Sequence record: SRR31156797_6242
DNA: 39,063 nt
Strand: one strand, 5' to 3'
Under the pieces are notes generated by a model. It had not been told where the DNA came from. It searched no databases and was given only the letters and a program-made list of their open reading frames with translations. Made by a program: the position numbers and the translations under genes. Shown here piece after piece: positions 19,760-32,055 of the stretch. How positions within the stretch are numbered: position 1 is the first letter of the stretch; each line of letters starts with the position of its first letter.

Positions 19760-21563
19760 ATTTGAAAGTTATGAAGATGTAGCAGCCGGCTTCAAAACGA
19801 TCATGGATCAACTCAAACCCGCTTTTGCAAGCAGTCGTCCCGGATACTTGGCTTTAGGCAGCCATGGGACTGTCTATGAGAGAGAGGTACAGGAACTTGA
19901 AGCGTTCTTGCGACCACTTTGGGGACTCGCGCCTTATCTAACCCAGCAAGAAGATTCATTCATGGAAACCTATCTCTCAGGAATTATTGCGGGTACAGAT
20001 CCAGAGAGTCCCGATTATTGGGGTGTTGTGGAAGACTTCGACCAACGAATCGTGGAAATGGCTTCGCTAAGTACTTTTTTACTATTAAACAAAGAAAAAA
20101 CGTGGGATGTTTTATCCCAACGCCAAAAAGATGATCTCCATGCGTGGCTGATCCAAGTCAATCAACGAGAAATTCCTGCAAACAATTGGCATTTCTTTCG
20201 GGTTCTCGTCAATGTAGCCATGAAGCGTTGTGGCAGCAGCTTTTCCCAAGAAAAAATCGATGCTGACTTGGCATTGATCGAGACCTTTTATTTAGGGGAA
20301 GGATGGTACTGTGACGGAGTAGCCACTCAAATCGATTATTATGTATCTTTTGCGATCCACTACTACAGTCTTCTGTACTGTCGATTTGTCCCTGAAGATC
20401 TTGAAAGGACAACGAAGTTCAAACAACGAGCCACCGATTTTGCTGGAACCTTCAAGCATTGGTTTGCAGCAGGTGGTGCCGCCGTTCCTTTTGGTCGAAG
20501 TTTGACGTATCGCTTTGCGCAAGTTTCTTTCTTCAGCGCATTGGTTTTTGCGGATGTTGAAGCATTGCCATGGGGAGAGATCAAGGGGTTGATCAGTCGT
20601 CACCTGCATCAGTGGATGCAGCAAGACATTTTTACTTCCGAAGGGATACTGACGGTCGGCTATTCGTACCAGAATCTGATCTTTGCCGAAGGTTACAATG
20701 CACCTGGTTCGCCTTATTGGGCGTTAAAAACCTTTCTTTTGTTAGCGGTACCAAAGGAGCATCCCTATTGGCAAGCCACTCCCACGCCATTAGCGATCGC
20801 TGAAAGAACACTGGCTCATCCCATCAGTAAGAACTTTTATCAACACAATCAAGACTTGACGCATGCCTTGATGTTTCCTGCAGGACAATTTATCAACTAT
20901 CAAAGTCATGCCAGCAGCAAATATAGCAAATTTGTCTACTCAACGACGTTTGGCAATAGCGTGCCCAAGAGCAATTATTGGTTTTATGAAGGAAATTATG
21001 ACAACACATTGGCTTTGTCAGAAGATGACCATTACTTTCGCACCAAAGGATTGGATCGCCAGTATCAGCTTTTACCTGATCGGATCATTCATGAATGGGA
21101 TCCGTGGGAAGACGTGAAGATAAAAACAACGATCATTCCACTGATAGGCAGTCACCTTCGTATTCATGAGATCAATTCTCAGCGCGCCCTTTCTTTCTAT
21201 GAAGGTGGATTTTCATCACCGAAAGTGCCTACTGCCATCACTGAAAAAACCGCAAGCAGCGCTGCGGTACGAACATCGATCGGCTATTCGAAAATCGAGG
21301 CGATCGCTGGCTATGAAACGAGCGATGTCCTACGAACGGAGCCAAATACGAACCTCTTGTATCCTGAAACGTGGCTGCCGTATCTAACTGCTCAACGACA
21401 AGCGGGAAAGCACCTGTTCGTTTCCCTCGTCACCGGATTGCTTCCACAAGAACAAGAACAAGCAGTGACCGTCGAAGTGACAACAAACAACATTACGATC
21501 AATCAATCCGGACATATGATCCAGGTTGAGCGAATAGGAGGAAAAAATGGAAACCAGCTATGA
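19722..21563 (+). CDS. DUF2264 family (possibly GH154-like) glycoside hydrolase, intact paralog
   Basis: EAFLRPLWG, DQRIVEM, NNWHFF, DYYVSFAIHYY, GRSLTYRFAQ, EGYNAPGSPYWA; start at ATG 19722 (or 19716) after AAGGAAGG. Confidence 0.85.
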   Translation: MQSQKLQQLKKNKFESYEDVAAGFKTIMDQLKPAFASSRPGYLALGSHGTVYEREVQELEAFLRPLWGLAPYLTQQEDSFMETYLSGIIAGTDPESPDYWGVVEDFDQRIVEMASLSTFLLLNKEKTWDVLSQRQKDDLHAWLIQVNQREIPANNWHFFRVLVNVAMKRCGSSFSQEKIDADLALIETFYLGEGWYCDGVATQIDYYVSFAIHYYSLLYCRFVPEDLERTTKFKQRATDFAGTFKHWFAAGGAAVPFGRSLTYRFAQVSFFSALVFADVEALPWGEIKGLISRHLHQWMQQDIFTSEGILTVGYSYQNLIFAEGYNAPGSPYWALKTFLLLAVPKEHPYWQATPTPLAIAERTLAHPISKNFYQHNQDLTHALMFPAGQFINYQSHASSKYSKFVYSTTFGNSVPKSNYWFYEGNYDNTLALSEDDHYFRTKGLDRQYQLLPDRIIHEWDPWEDVKIKTTIIPLIGSHLRIHEINSQRALSFYEGGFSSPKVPTAITEKTASSAAVRTSIGYSKIEAIAGYETSDVLRTEPNTNLLYPETWLPYLTAQRQAGKHLFVSLVTGLLPQEQEQAVTVEVTTNNITINQSGHMIQVERIGGKNGNQL

Positions 21564-22698
21564 CGTACAGCTATCACAATGGGTAGCCGAGCAAATCGAC
21601 TTCACCGTTAATCAAGTAAGAAAGAATACTAAGACCTTTGACACGTTGGTCCCACCGGCAGCAAGTGAACAGCTTGTCTATCGACCAGAAGCCAACCATG
21701 ATTGGACGGCGAGTTTTTGGACTGGCATGTTGTTTTTGAGTAAAGAACTGACGGGATCAACAGAATTTGATGAAACCATCGAAAAACAACTGCACTCTTT
21801 CCAAGAACGATTGGACCAAAGAATTGGACTAGAAACCCATGATATCGGATTTTTGTATAGTTTGACTGCGATTGCCGACTATCGAGTGAACGGACGGGAA
21901 TCTTCGAAAAAACTCGCGATTGCCGCCGCCGATCTATTGATGGCCCGTTACTCACCCAAAGCCCAGATCATTCAAGCGTGGGGCGATCTCGATGATCCGC
22001 AACAACGGGGGCGCATCATTATTGATTGCTTGATGAATTTGCCGCTATTGTATTTTGCTTCCCAAATGACCGGGGATGAATCCTACAAAAAAGCAGCCTA
22101 TGCCCATGCCAAGCAGACCCAGAAATACATCGTGCGAGACAACGCCACGACGTACCACACCTATTACTTCGACGTTGAAACTGGAGCGGCGATCGGCGGC
22201 AATACCCAACAAGGCTATGCCGATGATTCCTGCTGGGCAAGAGGGCAAGCGTGGGGCATCTACGGATTTACGCTGAGTTACCTTTACACCGGTGATACCA
22301 GTTTCTTGAAGACTGCTCAAGACCTTGCGGAATACTTTATTGCTGAATTACCGGCGGACAAGGTCAGTTATTGGGATTTAGTGTTTAACGATGGTAGTCA
22401 GGAAGAAAGGGATAGTTCGGCCGCCGCCATCGCAGTCTGTGGCTTGCTAGAACTGGCGAAACATTTACCGATCACGCAGCCAAACCAAGCCGCCTATCAG
22501 GAAAACGCCTTGGCGATCTTGGCATCGTTAGCCCAAAACTATACAACGATCGACCATCCCGAATCAAACGGACTATTGATGCATGGGGTTTATGACAAGA
22601 ATTCCCTCAAAGGGGTCGATGAATGCATGATCTGGGGCGATTATTATTACATGGAAGCGCTGATGCGGGTGTCACAAAGTTGGTATTCCTATTGGTAG
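21547..22698 (+). CDS. GH88 unsaturated glucuronyl hydrolase
   Basis: WTASFWTG, HDIGFLY and IIIDCLMN (the two catalytic Asp motifs), WARGQAW, DSSAAAI, WGDYYYME. Confidence 0.93.
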   Translation: METSYDVQLSQWVAEQIDFTVNQVRKNTKTFDTLVPPAASEQLVYRPEANHDWTASFWTGMLFLSKELTGSTEFDETIEKQLHSFQERLDQRIGLETHDIGFLYSLTAIADYRVNGRESSKKLAIAAADLLMARYSPKAQIIQAWGDLDDPQQRGRIIIDCLMNLPLLYFASQMTGDESYKKAAYAHAKQTQKYIVRDNATTYHTYYFDVETGAAIGGNTQQGYADDSCWARGQAWGIYGFTLSYLYTGDTSFLKTAQDLAEYFIAELPADKVSYWDLVFNDGSQEERDSSAAAIAVCGLLELAKHLPITQPNQAAYQENALAILASLAQNYTTIDHPESNGLLMHGVYDKNSLKGVDECMIWGDYYYMEALMRVSQSWYSYW

Positions 22699-22743
22699 TT
22701 TTAGGGGCGACCCTTTAAAAAAATGTTTAATGGAGGAATGAAA

Positions 22744-24015
22744 ATGCACTTTTTGAAAAAAGGTTTATTAGCAGCAACGATGTTTGGGGCGATCGCAGCT
22801 TTGGCAGCCTGTGGAGGCGGAGCGACAGATGATTCCGCTGCTTCTGAAGATGGCGATATCAAATTGACCGTAACCACTTGGAATTACGATACGACACCTG
22901 AATTCGAAAAACTATTCCGTGCCTTTGAAGAAGCGAATCCGGGCATTACCGTTGAGCCTGTCGATATTGCTTCAGATGATTATGATACCAAACTGACGAC
23001 CATGCTCTCTTCCGGAGATACGACAGATATTTTGACCATGAAAAATTTACTTTCTTACTCTAATTATGCGTTGCGGGACCAATTGGTGGATCTCACCGAC
23101 CATATCGGATCATTGGATATTGCCCCAGCGCAAGAAAGCTATGACATGTATGACGTAGAAGGCAAAACCTATGCACAACCGTATCGGACGGATTTTTGGG
23201 TCTTATATTATAACAAAAAAATGTTCGATGAAGCAGGCTTAGACTACCCATCGAACATCACCTGGGACGAATATGAGGAGCTTGCCAAGCAGCTAACAAA
23301 ACCAGACGAACAAATTTATGGTGCGTATCAACACACATGGCGTTCTACTACTCAAGCGATTGCAGCTGCTCAAAATGGTGCCAACTTGATCGATCCTCAA
23401 TACGACTACTTAGAAGAATATTATGATCGTGCATTGCGGATGCAAGACGATAAAGCACAAATGGACTTTGGGACAGCAAAATCAACGAAAGTTACGTATC
23501 AATCACAATTTGAAAATGAAAAAGCAGCCATGATGTACATGGGAACTTGGTATATGGGTGCATTGATGACCAATATCGACGATGGCAAGACAGATGTCGA
23601 GTGGGGCATTGCGGAAATGCCGCAAAATGAAAAAGGGGAAGTAACGACATTTGGTTCTCCGACTGCTTTTGCCATCAATAAAAATTCAAAACATCAAGAA
23701 GCTGCGCAAAAATTCTTAGACTTTTGTTCCGGTGAAGAAGGCGCCAAAGTATTAGCAGAAGTCGGTGTCGTTCCTTCATATAAGACTGATGCCATTGATG
23801 AACTTTACTTCTCCCGTGAAGGCATGCCCGCCGATGAAGTATCGAAAAAAGCCTTCAATCCAGAAACCGTCGCGATCGAGTTTCCTGTCGATGAAAATGG
23901 ACCAGCGATCGACAAAATCTTGCAAGAAGAACATGACTTGATCCTTGTAGGGGATGAAACACCAAAAGAAGGCATTGCGAATATGGAAAAAAGGGTGAAA
24001 TCTGAAACAGAATAG
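22744..24015 (+). CDS. Carbohydrate ABC transporter substrate-binding lipoprotein
   Basis: Lipobox LAAC, LYYNKKMF, TWDEY; RBS GGAGG. Confidence 0.92.
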   Translation: MHFLKKGLLAATMFGAIAALAACGGGATDDSAASEDGDIKLTVTTWNYDTTPEFEKLFRAFEEANPGITVEPVDIASDDYDTKLTTMLSSGDTTDILTMKNLLSYSNYALRDQLVDLTDHIGSLDIAPAQESYDMYDVEGKTYAQPYRTDFWVLYYNKKMFDEAGLDYPSNITWDEYEELAKQLTKPDEQIYGAYQHTWRSTTQAIAAAQNGANLIDPQYDYLEEYYDRALRMQDDKAQMDFGTAKSTKVTYQSQFENEKAAMMYMGTWYMGALMTNIDDGKTDVEWGIAEMPQNEKGEVTTFGSPTAFAINKNSKHQEAAQKFLDFCSGEEGAKVLAEVGVVPSYKTDAIDELYFSREGMPADEVSKKAFNPETVAIEFPVDENGPAIDKILQEEHDLILVGDETPKEGIANMEKRVKSETE

Positions 24016-24023
24016 TCCTAACG

Positions 24024-24059
24024 AGAGAAGGGACTTGGGCAAAAAAGTTCCTTCTCTTT
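24024..24059 (+). terminator. Intercistronic stem-loop after the SBP gene (partial terminator or mRNA stabiliser)
   Basis: AGAGAAGGGACTT / AAGTTCCTTCTCT plus a short T-run. Confidence 0.65.
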
Positions 24060-24101
24060 ATTAATGAAAGGGGGCCTGCTGGCAAGCAGCAGGAGACAAA
24101 T

Positions 24102-25004
24102 ATGGAAATAACCTCAAAATCAAAAGCAGCCAATAAGTTGAAACGCAAAAATACGCTAACCGCGCTGTCTTTTATTGCACCGAACTTTATCGGCTTTTTC
24201 TTATTTACCTTAGTGCCAGTTGTGTTCTCATTGATTCTGGCTTTCATGGAATGGGATTCCTTTAGTTCGCCTGAATTTGTGGGAATGAAAAATTTCAGCA
24301 AAATGCTAGGGGACGACACCTTTTGGATCTCGTTAAAGAACACCTTTCTCTATACGATTGGCGTCGTTCCATTAACGTTAGTATGTTCCTTAGGCTTAGC
24401 GATTTTATTGAATAAAAAAGTACGTGGAATGAAGTTTTTCCGTACTGCCTTCTTCTTTCCTTATGTCACCTCGTTAGTTGCGATCGCTGTCGTGTGGAAC
24501 ATGTTGTTTCACCCAACGATGGGACCAATCAATCAGTTTTTGAAATTTTTTATTGAAAATCCTCCTGGTTGGACCTCCAGCTCTGATTGGGCTTTGACGG
24601 CGATCATCATAGTCAGCGTCTGGCGTGGCATGGGGTATTACATGATCTTATACTTGGCAGGGCTACAAAGTGTGCCAAAGGAATTGTATGAAGCGGCTTC
24701 GATCGATGGGGCCAACAAGTGGCAGCAGTTTCGCAACGTGACGTTGCCGTCCTTACGACCAACGACCTTCTTTGTTTCGATCATGCTGGTCATAAACTGT
24801 TTCAAGATCTTCGATTTGGTCCAAGTCATGACTGCCGGCGGACCCGGTCGAGCCACCAATGTCTTGGTGTATCAAATTTACAACGAAGCGTTTGTGAAAT
24901 TTAATTTTGGTTACGCGTCTGCGATCGCCATGGTCTTGTTTGTGATCGTTTTGGGCATCACGGTGATCCAGTTTAAGTGGAACCAAAGACAAGAACGGGT
25001 GTAA
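24102..25004 (+). CDS. Carbohydrate ABC transporter permease (MalF-type)
   Basis: EAA loop ELYEAASIDGA, FVGMKNF, TM helices. Confidence 0.95.
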   Translation: MEITSKSKAANKLKRKNTLTALSFIAPNFIGFFLFTLVPVVFSLILAFMEWDSFSSPEFVGMKNFSKMLGDDTFWISLKNTFLYTIGVVPLTLVCSLGLAILLNKKVRGMKFFRTAFFFPYVTSLVAIAVVWNMLFHPTMGPINQFLKFFIENPPGWTSSSDWALTAIIIVSVWRGMGYYMILYLAGLQSVPKELYEAASIDGANKWQQFRNVTLPSLRPTTFFVSIMLVINCFKIFDLVQVMTAGGPGRATNVLVYQIYNEAFVKFNFGYASAIAMVLFVIVLGITVIQFKWNQRQERV

Positions 25005-25017
25005 GGAGGGAGTACAG

Positions 25018-25890
25018 ATGGAAAATACACTGAGTAAAAAGAATGTTCAAGCCAAACCAAAACAAAAAGCCAAGCTGTCGATCGGCAGTGTCTCCTTGAT
25101 TCTCTTATTAACATTTCTCGCGTTAGTGACACTGATCCCGTTTCTTTGGATGATCTCTGCTTCTTTTAAGACCAATAACGATGTTTTTAGCGTACCGATC
25201 CAATGGATTCCAAAAAGTTGGCACCCAGAAAACTATACGGTGATCTGGGATCGCATACCTTTGCTAACTTTTTTCAAGAACACAGCATTTTTGAGCATTA
25301 TCATTACCTTGGTCCAATTGTTTACCTCTAGCTTTGCGGCCTATGGGTTTTCAAAGATGCATTTCAAAGGACGCGACCTGTTGTTTCTGACATACATCGG
25401 TACGATTGCGATTCCTTGGCAATCCTATATGATTCCTCAGTTCATCATGATGCGCCAGTTTGGGCTGACAGACACGCTTTGGTCTTTGGTCCTCTTACAA
25501 GCTTTCAGTGCCTTTGGCGTCTTTTTGTTGAAACAATACTATAGTAGTATTCCTGATTCACTGTGTGAAAGTGCGCGGATCGATGGCTTGAGTGAGTGGG
25601 GGATCTATCGAAAAATCATTCTACCACTGACGAAGCCCGCTTTAGCGAGTCTGACCATCATCACCTTCGTCAATACATGGAACGATTATATGGGACCATT
25701 TATCTACCTCTCCTCAACCGAAAACAAAACCATTCAGTTAGGGTTGAAAATGTTTGTCGGCTTATATGATGCCGAGTACGCCCTGATCATGGCGGCATCT
25801 GTGGTCTCCATTTTGCCAGTAGCGATCGTCTTTTTAGCAATGCAAAAATACTTCGTAGAAGGAATCGCTACTTCGGGAATGAAAAATTGA
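25018..25890 (+). CDS. Carbohydrate ABC transporter permease (MalG-type)
   Basis: ESARIDG, WNDYMGP, QKYFVEGI. Confidence 0.95.
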   Translation: MENTLSKKNVQAKPKQKAKLSIGSVSLILLLTFLALVTLIPFLWMISASFKTNNDVFSVPIQWIPKSWHPENYTVIWDRIPLLTFFKNTAFLSIIITLVQLFTSSFAAYGFSKMHFKGRDLLFLTYIGTIAIPWQSYMIPQFIMMRQFGLTDTLWSLVLLQAFSAFGVFLLKQYYSSIPDSLCESARIDGLSEWGIYRKIILPLTKPALASLTIITFVNTWNDYMGPFIYLSSTENKTIQLGLKMFVGLYDAEYALIMAASVVSILPVAIVFLAMQKYFVEGIATSGMKN

Positions 25891-25901
25891 GGTGATCAAT
25901 C

Positions 25902-26558
25902 ATGTTTACCAAACCTACCTTTGAAAACAATCTTTACATGCGGATCTTCCGCTGGCTATATATTGGCTTTGCCCTGAATATCAGTTTTTGGGTCGTGAAT
26001 ACACCCTACACCCTCACGGCAATGTTCTTGGCAGTCGATCCTAGAAACCTCCTTTGGTTTGCATTGGCACTCTTGCTGATTGGGCCAAGCATGATCAGCC
26101 TCCTGGCTGCGATCGATCGCTTTGCAGAACACAAAGACATCGATCCAGTAAAAGATTTCTGCTGCTTTTTACGAACCTTTGCCGTGCGCGGGTTTCTCTA
26201 TTGGCTCATCGGCTGGTTGGGAAGTGTCATTGCGATCGTGGATATTCTGTTTGCGGTTCAATTTGAAAGTGGCAAATGGCTCGTTCCTTTCTTTCTTTTG
26301 TTAGGAATGCTTTCCATAGCTCTTAGTATCAACGCGTGGTACTTCCAAGTGCGTAATCCAAAAGCCGCTAAGAAAGATGTCCTGCGTACCGCACTTTTTT
26401 TCACTTTGAAAAAATGGCCTTCTAGTTTGTTAGCAACCTGTTTGTTTGTTGCCGTTTTTGTCGCCTTGATTTTGAAGCCGCAATTTGGCTTTACTCTTTT
26501 TCCAGTCCTTTTTTTCGGACTCCTTTATTTAAATTTACGGAAATTTCAGATAAAATAG
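25902..26558 (+). CDS. DUF624/YesL-like membrane protein
   Basis: Multiple TM segments, IGPS motif, position directly after a sugar ABC operon. Confidence 0.7.
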   Translation: MFTKPTFENNLYMRIFRWLYIGFALNISFWVVNTPYTLTAMFLAVDPRNLLWFALALLLIGPSMISLLAAIDRFAEHKDIDPVKDFCCFLRTFAVRGFLYWLIGWLGSVIAIVDILFAVQFESGKWLVPFFLLLGMLSIALSINAWYFQVRNPKAAKKDVLRTALFFTLKKWPSSLLATCLFVAVFVALILKPQFGFTLFPVLFFGLLYLNLRKFQIK

Positions 26559-26562
26559 AAAG

Positions 26563-26597
26563 AAAGTCGTCTACGAATAAAGGAGACGACTTTTTTT
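26563..26597 (+). terminator. Intrinsic terminator ending the glycan-utilisation operon
   Basis: AAAGTCGTCT / AGACGACTTT plus T-run. Confidence 0.82.
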
Positions 26598-26619
26598 AGG
26601 AGAAAGGGGGGGCTTGAAG

Positions 26620-27162
26620 ATGGCAGAAACAGTCACACTTCAACCGATTATGGAAGAAATGATTGCTGAACTTTGGTCGATCAGCTATGGACCAAAGGCA
26701 GATTTAGAATGGAAAAAATGGGACGGACCGTATTTCCAAGACCCCGTGTTGACGTGGGAAGAATTTCGAACGGGGTTTGGCGCTAGCTGTATCGACAACC
26801 CGTTACGTAAAGCGATAAGCTATCAAGGAAGAATCGTAGGGATCGCTACCGCTTATTGGGAAGACAATACCTTGCAGCAGTGGTTGGAATTCGGGATAGC
26901 CATCTATGATGCTTCCCTTTGGAATCAAGGCATTGGCAGCCAAGCAATTCGCCAGTGGATCAATGATTTATTTGAATCACAGCTTCATATCCAGCGAGTC
27001 GGGTACACCACGTGGTCCGGTAATCACCGCATGATGAAACTAGGAGAAAAGCTAGGGATGACAAAAGAAGCCCAGATCCGCAAAGTCCGTTTCTGGGAAG
27101 GCACCTATTATGATTCCATCAAGTATGGCATCTTGCGAGAAGAATGGGCACAGCAGAAGTGA
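26620..27162 (+). CDS. GNAT family N-acetyltransferase (RimJ/RimL-like)
   Basis: WNQGIGS acetyl-CoA motif, TWSGNHRMMKLGEKLG, YGILREEW. Confidence 0.9.
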   Translation: MAETVTLQPIMEEMIAELWSISYGPKADLEWKKWDGPYFQDPVLTWEEFRTGFGASCIDNPLRKAISYQGRIVGIATAYWEDNTLQQWLEFGIAIYDASLWNQGIGSQAIRQWINDLFESQLHIQRVGYTTWSGNHRMMKLGEKLGMTKEAQIRKVRFWEGTYYDSIKYGILREEWAQQK

Positions 27163-27276
27163 AGGTAGGGGATACGAAATTTTTTCGTGTCCTCTTTCGT
27201 TGTTGATGATTGATCAGATGCATTTTGCGTATAGTAAAGTACCTAGTAAAAAAAGGGCTGCTCTCCTAGCTGTATT

Positions 27277-27305
27277 TTGTAATTACAGTAATTACGTGGT
27301 AAAAT
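27277..27305 (+). promoter_or_regulatory. TA promoter with tandem palindromic operator
   Basis: -35 TTGTAA (27277-27282), 17 bp, extended -10 TGgTAAAAT (27297-27305); GTAATTAC at 27279-27286 and 27288-27295. Confidence 0.75.
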
Positions 27306-27339
27306 AGACTATATATGTTATGAAGGAAAGGTGATTGTT

Positions 27340-27573
27340 TTGGATACAGTGAAAACAAGAAAGCAAGGAAATGCGGTAATGGTCACGCTAGCAAGTAAGT
27401 TTGAGATTCCTGCTGGTAAGACCTACTTTATCAGCAAAGAAGACGATGGTACGATTTCCTTGATTCCTAAGATCGATGATTATTTTTTAGCTGCTAAAGA
27501 GAAAGAATTTGTTGATGAAGAAGATATGCTAGCTGCTGATTTTATTGTTGAAGGCAAGCAGCTTGATGAATAG
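27340..27573 (+). CDS. Type II antitoxin, PemI/MazE (AbrB-fold)
   Basis: KTRKQGNAVMVTL swapped-hairpin motif, acidic C-terminus; TTG start after AAGGTGA. Confidence 0.88.
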   Translation: MDTVKTRKQGNAVMVTLASKFEIPAGKTYFISKEDDGTISLIPKIDDYFLAAKEKEFVDEEDMLAADFIVEGKQLDE

Positions 27574-27916
27574 GATCGAACAAGGGACTCTTGTATTTAT
27601 TGATTTTGATCCCTCGAAAGGGAGTGAAACCAAAAGGCGCAGGCCTGCTTTAGTCATCAGCAGGGATGAGTACATTTACACCTCAAATTTGATCATTGTT
27701 TGTCCAATAACGAGTACAGATAGGAAGCGTCCTTACTTTGTCGATATTCAACACGATAAATTGAAACCTGGGAGTAAAGTAAATACAAAGCAAGTTTATA
27801 CGCTAGATTATTCCGAGCGTGGCAGTAGAAAGATTGAAATTTTAGGGAAACTATCAAAAAAAGAAATGATTAACGTTGCACAGCATTTTATGATGAACTT
27901 TAATTTTCCATTATAG
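27566..27916 (+). CDS. Type II toxin, PemK/MazF endoribonuclease
   Basis: FDPSKGSE, RRRPALVIS, VCPITST; ATG overlaps the antitoxin end by 8 nt. Confidence 0.92.
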   Translation: MNRIEQGTLVFIDFDPSKGSETKRRRPALVISRDEYIYTSNLIIVCPITSTDRKRPYFVDIQHDKLKPGSKVNTKQVYTLDYSERGSRKIEILGKLSKKEMINVAQHFMMNFNFPL

Positions 27917-27938
27917 TTAAAAAAACAGCAGGATGGAA

Positions 27939-27983
27939 AAAGTGAAGGACCCTCACAAAAAACGAGTGAGGGTCCTTCACTTT
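27939..27983. terminator. Intrinsic terminator
   Basis: Perfect 18-bp inverted repeat AAAGTGAAGGACCCTCAC / GTGAGGGTCCTTCACTTT. Confidence 0.85.
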
Positions 27984-28104
27984 GATTTCCTAAGAATACA
28001 AGGTTTCAACAATAGAGAAAAGAAGATAGTGGAAAGATAAAAGTAAAATTTCAAAAATAGTCGACTTTCTGAACAATAACCATGTACTATCTCTATGTAA
28101 TACT

Positions 28105-28176
28105 TTATAATAATTCCAATGTACAGATTAGAAATATTTTAAAAAAGTCGGGAATAGCGTTTGAAGTTCATTCTCA
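28105..28176. promoter_or_regulatory. PerR-like and Fur-like boxes upstream of sufC
   Basis: TTATAATAATTCCAA (28105-28119) and TTAGAAATATTTTAA (28128-28142) resemble TTATAATNATTATAA; TGAAGTTCATTCTCA (28162-28176) resembles TGATAATNATTATCA. Confidence 0.5.
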
Positions 28177-28221
28177 ATTAGTCTAAAATAGTGAGAAAGA
28201 AAAGATACTGGAGGGAAAGAA

Positions 28222-28995
28222 ATGTCAGTTTTAGAAATCAAAAATCTACACGTCCAAATCGAAGATAAAAAGATCTTAAAAGGCGTTGACTTAGTGTTAA
28301 AAACTGGAGAGATCCATGCCATCATGGGACCAAACGGTACAGGGAAATCAACCTTGTCCGCTGCCATCATGGGCAACCCGAATTATGAAGTGACAGAAGG
28401 GGAAATTTTGTTCGACGGCGAAAATGTTTTGGAAATGGAAGTGGATGAGCGAGCTCGTTTAGGTCTGTTCTTGGCGATGCAATACCCAAGTGAAATTCCG
28501 GGCATCACCAATGCGGAATTCATGCGTGCAGCGATCAATGCCAAACGTGACGAAGACGACAAAATCTCTGTCATGGATTTCTTGAAAAAATTAGATGAAA
28601 AAATGGATTTATTGAATATGCCCGAAGAAATGGCGGAACGCTATTTGAATGAAGGCTTCTCTGGTGGAGAAAAGAAACGAAATGAAATCTTACAATTGTT
28701 GATGCTAGATCCAACCTTTGCGATTTTGGATGAGATCGACTCTGGTCTAGATATCGATGCCTTGAAAGTCGTAGCAAAAGGCGTCAATGAAATGCGCGGC
28801 GAAGGCTTTGGCGCTTTGATCATCACCCATTACCAACGTCTGTTAAACTACATCACACCAGACGTGGTTCATATCATGATGGAAGGCCGTGTCGTGATGA
28901 CCGGTTCGGCAGACTTAGCCAAACGCCTAGAAGCAGAAGGCTATGCTGGGATCAGTAAAGAGTTAGGGATCGACTACAAAGAAGAAGAAGCGTAA
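28222..28995 (+). CDS. sufC: Fe-S cluster assembly ATPase SufC
   Basis: GPNGTGKS, FSGGEKKRNE, LDEIDSGLDID, ITHYQRLL. Confidence 0.97.
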   Translation: MSVLEIKNLHVQIEDKKILKGVDLVLKTGEIHAIMGPNGTGKSTLSAAIMGNPNYEVTEGEILFDGENVLEMEVDERARLGLFLAMQYPSEIPGITNAEFMRAAINAKRDEDDKISVMDFLKKLDEKMDLLNMPEEMAERYLNEGFSGGEKKRNEILQLLMLDPTFAILDEIDSGLDIDALKVVAKGVNEMRGEGFGALIITHYQRLLNYITPDVVHIMMEGRVVMTGSADLAKRLEAEGYAGISKELGIDYKEEEA

Positions 28996-29008
28996 GGAGG
29001 CAAGGTAA

Positions 29009-32026
<3,018 letters not shown>

Positions 32027-32055
32027 ACAACCGCACTACAAAAGGAGTGAGAACC

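Noticed and set aside
26606-26612. G7 tract upstream of GNAT as a phase-variation switch
   Set aside because: Short, and explained as the ribosome-binding site.
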